NCBI GenBank assembly: GCA_030704615.1
Contig: CM060732.1
Location: forward strand, 13,764,001 to 13,828,000
Length of the DNA: 64,000 nucleotides
Direction of reading: 5' to 3'
Origin: Takakia lepidozioides
Lineage: Eukaryota; Plantae; Bryophyta
A program made the translations under genes and the position numbers. Each line of letters starts with the position of its first letter. The first letter of the stretch is position 1. Shown here in pieces: positions 24,455 through 35,563 of this stretch. The notes beneath the pieces were generated by a model, which was given only the letters and a program-made list of their open reading frames with translations, ran no database searches and was not told the DNA's origin.

Positions 24455-25270
24455 AGCTTGCGACATGATTCTCCTCGACATTCCAGATGGGGAGCTGCTG
24501 GAGGGCCTGGATGGTGTGCCCACCTGGAACAGGTTTACTGAGGACTACTGGAAAGCCGGGTTTGGGCTGGCGGGGATGCTTCTGGATGACGGTGGATGTG
24601 TGGTTGTCCTTGCCACGAGAGGGAAGACCACAGAGAATGCGGTGGCAAGGTGGACACCAAAAAGTGTCACCCCGGTCCTCCTCATAAAATGGTTCTGCAT
24701 CAGTACACAGGGGTTGCAAACAGAGGGCCAAAGTGTAAGTTATCAATCTATTGCATTCACTTCATATTGTGGTGTATGTTAAGTAGACCCTGGAGTTGAT
24801 CCCTTCTTTGTTGGATGTGCAGACATTGGTGTTTGAGGCATATTGCTTTGTGAAGAGAGAGTCTACGTTCAAATTCTGCAACGACGGTCATCTTGTTGAT
24901 GCCGCTGTGGACCCTGTAACCTACGATGTCCTCTACAACTATGTGCCCCACTCCAGTATGCCGAAGGACACAAAGACAGGCAAACCGTGGCGGTACAGCC
25001 GGACCCGGAGCCCTGCTTTCATCCAAACCCTCATGGAGACGTGCTCGGATGTCCAAGGGCGGATTCTGGACCTCACATGCGGCACGGGTAAGCCTTCACG
25101 TGCTCAGTTTGTCCCCTGGCCCGATTGCAATTGCATGCCGCAAGCTATTAACCGCCCGCTTTGTTCCTCAGGTGCTTCAATGTGGGCAGGGACGTTGTCC
25201 GACAGGCATGTGTTCGCCTTCGAGCCAGATACTGCCCTCCACAACTCGGAACTTGCAGCGGCTGAACGTC
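24455..25270 (+). other. N4C/N6A DNA methyltransferase-like domain (beta motif order)
   Basis: Motif IV-like DMILLDIPDG (DIPDG at 24477-24491), LLDDGGCVVV, motif X-like RSPAFIQTLMETCS, motif I ILDLTCGTG spliced to ASMWAG..RHVFAFE (cf. VLDPFxGSGTTxxAAxxxGRxxIGxE). Confidence 0.7.
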
Positions 25271-26124
25271 TGCCGAAAGAGGAAGAGGCATCCTCGGAGG
25301 ATGAGGAAAAATCCGAGAAGGAGCAGGGGGAGGAAGTTGGGATCGAGGCCGAGGAGCCCCCGGTTTACGAGTGAGTGGTGGCATTGTAAGTTGCCTCCAG
25401 ATTTCGTGAGGCACCTCCCTCCGCTCTCTTATTTCATTGAAAACCCTTTCTGGTTGTGCTGGTATTGACATTCTTGAAGTGGATTTGTTCTTACTGTAGG
25501 ATGCCAAGTACTGCCGGAGGGACGTCTACACCGGAGTTCATGGGCAGGAGGAACGTGCATTTTTTTGCCAGGGGGGATTTCATGCCTAGTCCAGAAAGGG
25601 AGTACATCCTTCCTACTTATGCTGCCCGGCTTGCTTCGGTGTCCATTAGGAGGTGTTCCGAACCTAGTCGTGTACAGCAGATTTTAGACGAGGCAAGCCT
25701 CAAGAAAATGAAGATGAGGGAGGAGGCAGCAGCTATTAGAGCCCGTCGGGCTCGTAGATTTGTCTTGGATTTTGCTGAGGAAAGTGGGGGAGAAGACGCA
25801 GAAGATTCCCAGGAGGTGAGGTGGACAGTCCCCCAAGGAGAGGACGGGATTTTTGAGAGGCATAGTGGAACTGATGCATCACAGAGCTCGGAGGATGAGG
25901 GGGATGAGGGGGATGAGGAAGAAGGTGGGGCAAGCTCCTCGGAGGGTGTAGGAAAGTAGTGCCCATTCCGGCTATGACAGTTAGAACACACACTTGTATA
26001 GACGTGGCTTGCCACAAAATTTGCAATAAAATGTTGCATTTCAAGTCCACTGGTGCCACATTCCAACTTCACATGACCCTATTTCCGTGCCTCCTAACCC
26101 TATTTCCGTGGACTCACAATGGTC

Positions 26125-26182
26125 TGCTCATGCTTTTTTTTTTTCCGCTCATGCTCATGCCGCTCATGAAATAGCAGCCCCC
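26125..26182. repeat. Right terminus of E2
   Basis: GCTCAT reiterations followed by GAAATAGCAGCCCCC. Confidence 0.8.
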
Positions 26183-28444
26183 CTGCTTGCTGTCGACTTA
26201 AGCACAATATAGTGAGCTGTAGCGATAACAATGAAGAAAATCACTTCAAAGGTGAAATGCAAGAAAATCTAAACACCTCCTCTTGTTCCAATTGAGGGAT
26301 GGAGATTTGTCTCCAGCAAATGCTATTTTTGATCTAAACTCAAATACATGCAATAGGACGGTAAGCTTAATACAGCACAAGACCAGTCAACTATTCAATG
26401 CTTGCCGAATGTCTGAGCCTACCTCCCTTTACTGTCAAAATAAGAGGTGTCATAGAGTTTACCAGCCCTACTCTAAAAGGAACCACACCTGCCAGTATGC
26501 ATACTTCTTCAAATTTCAAATTTCTCTTTTCACTTTGGCCCTTCTCGTCTTTACTTCTGAGGGGCTCTATCACATACCAGAGAGCTCCTATTCTGTCAGT
26601 TACCAACGCAATTCCATCAGTGACGAAGGTCAACAAAGTGAACAAGAACATTTCAATCTGCCCAACGAACCTGCCCGAAAAAAAACAATTAGAGTTTGAA
26701 ATTGATCACATTCCAAAAAGCGAAAAGTGTCTTATACAAGGACAGAAGAGCCACCTTTGTTCAACTTAGGTCCAACAAATATATATATTTTTCACCGGCA
26801 TCCCTGGATATTTCCGTAGGATACGATAATCCAAGCTAGAGATTAAATGGCTAAAAAACATGTAGAATTCTTCCACGTTTGTGCAGAATTCTTCAACGTT
26901 AGAAGTCCATATCTCATGTGTTGTTGTTGTTGTTGTGTTTTTTTTTTTTTTTTTCCTTCGACATTCATTTATTTCATTTTTATCTTTATGTTCTCCTCCT
27001 CTCTCCGCTCAGCCTCCACCTTCGGCAGCCAAAGGTGGTGTGTCAGTACAATCCCATGTCATTTTTCATTATTGTTTCTCGCAAATCCAAGCATACAATT
27101 ACGGGCAGCCCAAGAAAAAATATTATATTGCCACGTGGCCGCCGATTCCGCATCCACGTCACACTGATGGCTGATGACTGATGGCTGATAGTTGATAGAA
27201 TAGCAAATCCCTCACATACCACAAGGAGGGCCTCCGGACCCATCATTTCAACAGCCTCCCTTTCCAAGGGCCTTGTCTGGGGAGGACTTCGTAGTTTGGC
27301 CAGCTCTGATAATGATGGTAGGCCCAGCTTACGAACTTGTGGCTACCGCAATGCTATTGTCTGTGTGAATCACATAATACCAGGCCTCAATGACACAACT
27401 GGTAGCAGAACAAGGAAGTGAGCAAGAGGTAAAGAGAAAGGGAAAGAGAGAGAGCCTTGCAACACACCTGTCTGTGACCACCACCTTACGCTCCCTGCTT
27501 GCAGCAGTTGGACCTGTCTTTTAACAACACCACAAAATTACTCACTTTGTTTGTGTATCATAAGACAGACAACATAATCCATGCCCCAGTATATGTTTCT
27601 TAATATTAAAAAGTAGGTCAGACTTCTGACTGATGCAAACCAGAGACAAGCAAGCATAAACATTGTGCCGAGAAGAAGGGTAGACTTACAACATCAAGTG
27701 CAGGTGGGCCATATCATTGTGCTTGTAAACATACACTTCAGAATTGCTTTCCTTTTGTGCAATACGCACCTGATCTATGATTGACGTGTTATAGAGTCTG
27801 AAATATGGCCATCACACTCTCCTGCCCTTGCACCAGGTTGGGAGCCACACTGGCAATCACCACCATGTTGGCAGCAAATGCAGATGGATAGAGTAAGCAA
27901 TCCTGAACCCACCCCAGTGGTAAGGCCTTATATCTTATGCCCTTGCAGAGTTAGACACCAATGCAGCCGCTAGCTTGTAACATGACTCTTCAATCTCATT
28001 TAGGTGACAGGGTGTGTAATTGGGTACAACCCATAAACAAAGAGACATAAATTGGCAATAATCTTTAGGACTGGGCCTTTTTTTTTTTTTTGCATACCCC
28101 CTCTCTTTGACAATCTCCCCACACAAACACAAGGCATGGCATACCTGACATAGCATTTACCCAATGTTGCTGCAGAATACAAGTCATCAAATAGGGGGAT
28201 CTAAGATACATAAGGCTAACGTAATCGTTAGTGGTAATCGTTCCCTGAGAAGAGCAGCAACTTCTGCGATACTTCCGCGCTCATGTCACTATGCACGCTG
28301 TCTACATCGCAATCGTCCTCTCCTGTTCCCAAAGAAAGCAGCTCCAGATTGGTGAGGAATGCAATTCAAGACGAAAGAAGAACTGTAATTGGCATAGAAA
28401 CTGTCTTTTCCATTCATCTCAAAGGCCTATAATCAATTTTCTTA

Positions 28445-28620
28445 GGATTTTGGCATGGAAACACACACATAGGAAGGAGGCAAACCTGTAGAAATGGAAA
28501 CAGCTTTAGGAGAAGGAAAGCAACTCATAGGAGATTTTGGCATGGAAACACACACATAGGAAGGAGGCAAACCTGTAGAAATGGAAACAACTTTAGGAGA
28601 AGGAAAGCAACTCATAGGAA
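28445..28620. repeat. ~88-bp tandem duplication
   Basis: GATTTTGGCATGGAAACACACACATAGG...GCAACTCATAGGA present twice. Confidence 0.9.
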
Positions 28621-30884
28621 AGCAACTAAACTTGTACTTGTTGACGAAGAAATGGTTTGCTTCCAAAAATTCGGCATAACATGGACTGCCTGATCTAAAG
28701 CTGTGACTTTCTCGGTAGTTGTTTCAAATGCCTCCAACTCTCCGGCCTTTCGACGATAGGCTTGCAAGCGTGAGTTGTGCTTCAAAATCTGACCAGTAAA
28801 ATCGCGTCGATTGCTGGTTCGATAGGCAGCTTTCATCAAGTTGATGTGCATGTGCTCATACATGTTTGTGTTGTACTCGAAAGGTGAAACCTGAACGTCT
28901 AATTGAGTCGCTGAAATGCGTCATAGCATGGATTTTGACCAAGTTGAAAGAGGATTTTTGATATTCTACTAGGTTGTTCTTGAAGGATGAGATTGTCACA
29001 CGCAGGAGGGCTTCCATCTCTGCCAATGAAGCCTCTGAATACTCGCATTTATGACAGGCCAACTGATACCACTCAAGAAACTTGACAATGGCTGAAATAT
29101 GCGTGTCAGCATACAAACCCACCATACACAGAACAATAACCTGCATTATAGCTCGATGTTCAAAGGCTGCAAAATTAGCATTGGATCTAAAGTAGCCACC
29201 CTTGTCTGTTCCAGGTATCCGAAAGGATTGATAACGAGCAGTCCTTCGAATAACCAAAAGGCGATGATCCACTCTGGTAAAGTTTGATTATGGGCCACAC
29301 CCACCTCTGCCACATCCGGAGAATGTCGACTAGAGTCTTAAAAACCCCCAGATCTGATTGGTGCATAATATCAACATGAATGCATTTGTAAGGATTTCCA
29401 ATCTTTGTCCTACCTCCGCTGAAACCCCAAAGTGCACACTGCAAGATAAACACTGTCATTAGTTACATAATAGCCAGCCAACCAGAAACCCGTCAAGGAA
29501 GGTGACAGCCACATTTAAAGACTTACATACCTCAACCGAATGTACAGAATATTGCTTCAAGGTTTCACTGTTCTCATTCGTCGTTTCAACAAGTGACTTC
29601 ATTGTTGATTCTGTCGGGTACATAATTGGTAGCATCGTGTCACTCATGTTCTCCTTGACACATAAACATAAGCTACATGGCCTCTGGCATTTGTTTGTGT
29701 CAAAAGTCCCTGTAATCTGTATTAACCACAAGCATTCATGTATCACTCAACAAAAAAGTAGTCAAAACACTCCCTATAGGCTGTCTGGTGCATGTGACTT
29801 GTTTTTAGATAGTTGAAGACTATAATTAATGAGTGAAAATGTTTACCTTACAACCCTCCGGATGATCACAGATATAAGCAAAAAGTGTTGGGAATACAAA
29901 CTGTTCAATGCCGAATGGATCAACCATCGTCATCCCACTGTTCAAGCAAAATCCAAAGTCAGACAAAGATAGATAATCTCAAACATCCATCGATATATCA
30001 TCCAAAAACAGCAGCCGAACGAAGAGCATAAACAAATTAATACCAATCAAAACAGTAGATTGAGCCAATCGATGGAACCAAGTATTGATGTCGCGGCCCC
30101 CCGGGCAGGGGGTCGGGACACATAGGGGCTGCCCCTGTGGTGGGGCAGCGGCAGCGATAGGTATGGTGTCGCGGCCCTTTGCCTTGAGGCAGGGGGTCGG
30201 GACACATGAGGGGCTGCCCCTGTGGTGGGGGCAGCGGCAGCGATAGGTATGGGGGGCTGAAGCACCCTTGAGTGCCCAAGGCACTCAAGGAGGCGGAGGC
30301 GCTCACTAGGTGGAGCCCCGCACACCGGGTTGCGGTGGAGGTGGCTCCACAAGGGGTGGTGGTAGCTTAGTGGGACTTAGTGGGGTGGCATAGGACTCAC
30401 CATGGGGTGGAGACCTCGAGGTGGAGTCGTGGGGAGTCTTGGGACTCATCACGGTCCATTGGGGCCGCGGTGAGTGGGCCAAGACTCACCGCGACTCACC
30501 ACCGGGAGTCGAGGGTTTTCGTGGTGGTTCGCCATAAAATGGCATGGCTGGTTATGAAACCCCCGCGGACAGCTACAGAAGTATATATAGGGAGTAGTAA
30601 CCCCGAGAACGGTGCAACCCGTTGGTGACCAAAACTAGTGAGTAAGCGAGCGAGCCGGAAAGCGACCAAAGAGTGGGGAGCTGTTCCGGACTGCCATCTA
30701 CCAAAGGGATTCTCCTAGTCCCAAATAGGTGGAGGGTTAGAGGGAAGCGGAAGGGGACCGTTATGTCCGGTGAGCAGCCGAAACTCCAAGTTGGGCCGGC
30801 GGCCAGGTTGGGAGTCAGGCGCGCGCATCAAAGCGAGTAACTATGACTTGAAGGGGAGTTTACCGAACTGAGGTGTGCGACACT

Positions 30885-30896
30885 TGGTATCAGAGC
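30885..30896 (+). promoter_or_regulatory. Primer-binding site (tRNA-iMet)
   Basis: TGGTATCAGAGC 2 nt after the LTR. Confidence 0.9.
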
Positions 30897-30937
30897 TTAG
30901 AGTTCAGTACGCGATCGTCCTTGGGATTGGCCTCATC

Positions 30938-33900
30938 ATGGGGTCGGGCAAGCCGAAGCGAAAGCGGAACGGCCCAAAAGATGATGATCCCGGTGAGCCC
31001 GATGGGGGCGACGTGTCACTGAGGCGGCCGTTTGAGGAAGCGATTAATGTTTCCGAAAACGAGGCCGCTCAGAGGCGGGAGGAATCCGAGGAGTCGGAGC
31101 CCGAGGAATCTTTGAGAGCTCCGACAAACCAAGAGATGCCTCCCATGCCGGCAGCCTTTTGGGAAGGGTTGTTGGCGCAGTTTGGCGGGACGTTGAAAGA
31201 CGTGTTGAAGGCGGCTAATGCCACTTCCACCAAGGCAAAGTTTAGGTGAAGCCTAAGGAACCCGGCACCTTCGAGGGCGTTCGAAACCGGAAGGCACTCA
31301 CAACCTGGCTCCTAGAGCTAGAGCAGTACTTCCGGGCGGCCAAGTTGAGTGACGAGGATCGGGTGGAAGTGGCTCCACCTATTTGAGGGGCTATGCTCAA
31401 CAATGGTGGCAGAAACGCCTTCACGACCGAGGCCCAAGCCCGGAACCTTGAACTGGAGTGAGTTCAAGGAATTGATGAAGAGACAGTTGTGCCCCTCAAC
31501 GCATCCTGGCTTGCCCGGGACAAGATGAGGATTTGAAGCAAACAGATGACATTCGGGGGTATTCCCTGCTTTCATGTGGCTGTTGCTCGAAGTCGCAGAC
31601 ATGGCAGACCAGAAATGGTCCTTCAACTTTGTGGCGGGACGCCCCCATGGGCTAGGCGGAAGTTGGAGGAGAAGCCACCCAAGACTTTGAACGAGGCAAT
31701 TGAGAGAGCTGAATGTTTCTTTCTTCGGATGTCCCTAGGGTGAGAGACAAGGCCGTACGGAGCTGAACCACAAGAAGACCCGGCGGGAAGGTGACTCCTC
31801 CCGACCGGAAAAGAAAGTGGATAGGCCCGCGGCGAAAATGGCACGTGGAAATCGAAGGGAGGTCCTTCACACGTCAAGGCGGCACCCGGTGCTTCGAAGG
31901 AAAAGCGGGTGGAGCGACTTATGGCGGACAGAAGGCGACCGTTGATGGAGTGTGTTTTCAATTGCGGGGAGCCCGGGCACATGGCCAAGAAGTGCACGAA
32001 GCCCCGGGCAATTGAACATGACTCGGGCGACCACAGAGCTGTCGGAAGATACCATCAGTCGCTTTGGTGGAAGCGGTGGTCCGCCAGGACTTGCAAGGTA
32101 GGCAAATTTTTCTTGTGAGTTGTATCAGGAAAACTGGCGCCTTACGAAAAGGGAGTCCGTTATTTGTTCTTGGATGGGATAATATCCGGAACTAATGTGT
32201 CGTTGTTGGTGGACACAGGAGCGTCGCACTCCTTCATGACGCCGGCGCGGCCCGAAAGTTGGGACTCCCCGACAAGTGACGTGGGGGCCTCTATTGAGGT
32301 GCGCTCTGCCAAAGGAGAACCTCAGTTGGCGACAAGGTTGGCGTTTGATGTTCTCTTCAACTGGGGAGTTGGGAGGGACGTGAGACTTCACTATCTGCGA
32401 GATCGATGGATGTGGATCTCATTTGGGAATGACCTTTTTGAGCAAATCCGGAGCGGTCATAGATGGCCGCAAGAGAGTAGTCACGCTGCCATGTGGGAAT
32501 GGTGGCGAGGTTTTACGAGTGTTCGGAAACGCCCCAATCCGTGGGAGGGCGAATAAACCTTCTATCAGCAAAGGAGTGGGCCGTGGAGGAGACACACGAG
32601 TCCCAGTTTTGCTTACATTAGAGAAGTGAAAGGAGAAGGCGATGGGGAGCCGAGCCCAGATTGGATCAAGGGGATTTTGGAGAAATCCAGGATGTGATGC
32701 CGGAGGATTTGCCAAGCGGCTGTCCACCGCGAAGAGGAGTTGACCACAAAATTGAGGGTGATACCGGGATCGGAACCGCCCTGCCAAGGAGCCCTAACTA
32801 ACCGTTGAGCCACAAAGAGTTGGTCGAGCGAAGACTCAGCTCAAAGATCTAATGTCAAAGGGGTACATCCGGCCGAAGTAAGTCACTTACGAGCCCCGGT
32901 GCTATTTGGCAGACAAGAGGATGGGGACGCTGCGGATGTTGTGTCGATTACAGGGCTCTGAATAAGTGACTACACAAACCGGTACCCTTTTGCCAAGGAT
33001 CGACGACTCTCTTCGTCGGTTTGGTCAAGAGCGAAGTATTTCAGCCGGATCGACTTGCGCTCCGGCTATCACCAAATTCGGGTGGCGGAAGGAGATGAGG
33101 AGAAGACCGCGTGCAGGACAAGGTATGGTTCATATGAGTTCTTGGTGATGCCTTTTGGGCTCACCAATGCACCAGCGACATTTAGCACGCTGATGAACAG
33201 CCTTTTCCAGGAGTGGTTGGATGACTTTGTGATCGTGTACATCGACGACATCTTGGTGTACTCGAAAACAAAGGAGGAGCACCTGGAGCACCTCAAAAGG
33301 GTGTTCCAAAAATTGCGAGAAGGGAAGCTGTATGCCAAAGCTTCAAAGTGCGAATTCGGGGTCACAAAAGTGGAGTTCTTGGGGCACGTGATTACACAGG
33401 ATGGGATCAAAATGGATGACAGAAAGGTGAGGGCGATCTTGGACTGGGAGCCTCCGACTTCGGTCCGGGAGTGCGATCCTTCCTAGGACTCGCCTCCTAT
33501 TACCGGAAGTATGTGAGAAATTTCGCCAAGATCGCGGGGCCGCTGTCGGACCTTCTGTGTAAATCCAAAGTCTGGGTATGGAACACATTTTGTGGCCAAG
33601 CTTTTGCTGAATTGAAGCAGCGGATGACGGAAGCTCCAGTCTTGAAAATCCCGGAGTTCGATCGTCCGTTTGAGATTCATACAGATGCATCGGACTTCGC
33701 AATTGGGGGTGTACTTATGCAAGATGGACGTCCAGTGGCTTACGAAAGTAAGAAACTGAATGAAGTGGAGCGACGGTGGCCGACGCACGAAAAAGAGATG
33801 AAGGCGGTGGTACATTGCCTTGAACTCTGGCGCCACTATGTTGGTTCCAACCCAGTGAAGGTGTTCACGGACAATGTCACGGTGAAGTATTTTGCCACGC

Positions 33901-35563
33901 AGCCCAAGTTGTCCCCAAAACAACTTAGGTGGCAAGATACTTTGGCAGTGTTCGACGTGGATATCCAGTACAAACCGGGACGGGACAATGTGGTGGCCGA
34001 TGCTTTAAGTAGAAAGCAGCAGCTCTTGTTGGTGTACAAGGGCGAGACGGCGCTCCAAAGGAAGATCCGGAAGGCTTGCCGGAAGGATGAGCTGGCAAAG
34101 TGCGTGATGCAGAACTTGAGAATGGGGGTTAAATCGCAGTTCCACTTGCAAAACGGACTGCTCCGGTATAAGCAAAAACGTCTCTATGTGCCAAAGGGAG
34201 GGATCAGGGATAGTCTCTTGAGAGAATGCCATGATAGCCCGCTTGCGGGCCACGGTGGAGCCAAGCGCACTGCGGCACTCTTGAAGAAAGAGTATTTCTG
34301 GCCCAAACTGAGGGAGGAGGCAGAGGAGTATGTCAAGACATGCACCACATGCCAACAAAACCGGAGCGAGTATAAAAAAGCAAGCGGGGCTGTTACAACC
34401 CTTGCCGATTCCAGAGGGGACTTGGGAAAGCGTCTCGATGGATTTCATGACTGCTATGCCGCTGTCAAAAGGATTCGATGCAATCATGGTGGTGGTAGAT
34501 AGGTTCAGTAAAATGGCCCATTTCATCCCACCAAGGAGACGGCAACTGCGCAGGAGACAGGGCGACTTTACTTCGCCCACGTCTTAAGCATCATGGAGTC
34601 CCGAAGGATATTGTCTCGGACCGCGACCCAAAGTTTACGAGTAAATTCTGGAGAGCACTTTGGAAGAAGATGGGGACGAGGCTGAAGATGAGCACCGCCT
34701 TCCGACCTACGACGGACGGCCAAACGGAAAGAGTGAATTCCGTAGTGAAGCAATTCTTGCGGAATTACGTGTCGGCAGACCAATCAGACTGGATGGAACA
34801 CTTAGACGCGGCAGAGTTCTGTTATAATAACACAGAACACTCCGCGACGGGAGTTTCCCCTTTTGTGTTGGTCTATGGAAAAGCACCTCTGGTGCCGACA
34901 AGTTGGGCCGCCCAGGACGTTGAGGAACCGGCAGTAGCGGCGGTACTGGAAGAACGCGAGCGTTTGTTGAAGCTCGCAAAGTACAACATTGCCAAAGCTA
35001 GGAAACGGTATGAAAGGCAGGCGAATCGGAAGCGGAGGGAAGTGAAGTTTGAGGCAGGCACAGAGGTCTGGTTGAACATCAAGAATTTTCGACTACCTCC
35101 GGAAATGAGTCCGAAGTTCGTACCTCCGTATGCGGGTCCCTTTCGCATTCGGAGGGTTATGAATGAGGATGTGTATGAATTGGAGCTGCCAGCAAACAGC
35201 AAGGTGCACCCAGTATTCCATGTCTCCCTTTTGAAGCCTTACTTCAAAGATGAAGCACGTCCGAATCGGCAGCAAGTGTTGCGTCCGCCACCTATGCTGT
35301 TGGATCATGAAAATGAACCCGAGTACGAGGTGGAGGCAATACTTAAGTCGAGGAGGTTCAAGAACCGAGAAACGGAGTATCTCGTCAAATGGAAGGGCTA
35401 TCATCTTGTGGAGGCATCTTGGGTGCGTGCCTCAGAAATGGGAAACGCATCCGAGGCAGTTGCAGCGCGTTCGAAGGCGACCTCAAAAGCGGAAGAAGCG
35501 TTGATGGGGACATCAACCTTGGAGCGTGGGGGAGGAAATGCATGCTTAGCCCGGTTTAGCTAG
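30938..35563 (+). pseudogene. gag-pol (Gag, CCHC, PR, RT, RH, INT, chromodomain), many frameshifts
   Basis: CFNCGEPGHMAKKC, VDTGASHSF, YIDD, TDASD, DRDPKF, TDGQTER, YEVEAIL..YLVKWKGY..ASW. Confidence 0.92.

Larger units (their letters stand above)
9087..25959 (+). pseudogene. ParB/Srx-like + beta-class amino-DNA-methyltransferase-like fusion gene, ~1,495 codons. Exons 9087-9263, 9610-11051, 11170-11359, 11506-11790, 22300-22425, 22521-22735, 23609-24734, 24823-25087, 25172-25370, 25500-25959
   Basis: All nine introns have phase-consistent GT-AG boundaries (first is GC-AG). Exons sum to 4485 nt. Four in-frame stops (10048, 10648, 10981, 22306) and no frameshift. Motifs VWDGNHRLLAW, DMILLDIPDG, RILDLTCGTG|ASMWAG..RHVFAFEPD. 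Confidence 0.8.
6545..26182 (+). mobile_element. MULE-family element E2 carrying the ParB-methyltransferase gene; left terminus missing; interrupted by a gypsy element
   Basis: Right terminus GCTCATGAAATAGCAGCCCCC matches E1/E3 termini; intronic array shares the AAAATGGCGCCGAATTT and GGCTAAGTCC motifs with the E1 array. Confidence 0.75.

Noticed and set aside
9087-25959. Bacterial or phage contamination as the source of ParB-MTase
   Set aside because: The gene has nine spliceosomal introns and a plant gypsy inserted with a TSD
26283-27480. Short ORFs and exon-like pieces between E2 and Plavaka
   Set aside because: No recognisable family, and one has an internal stop; cannot support a call
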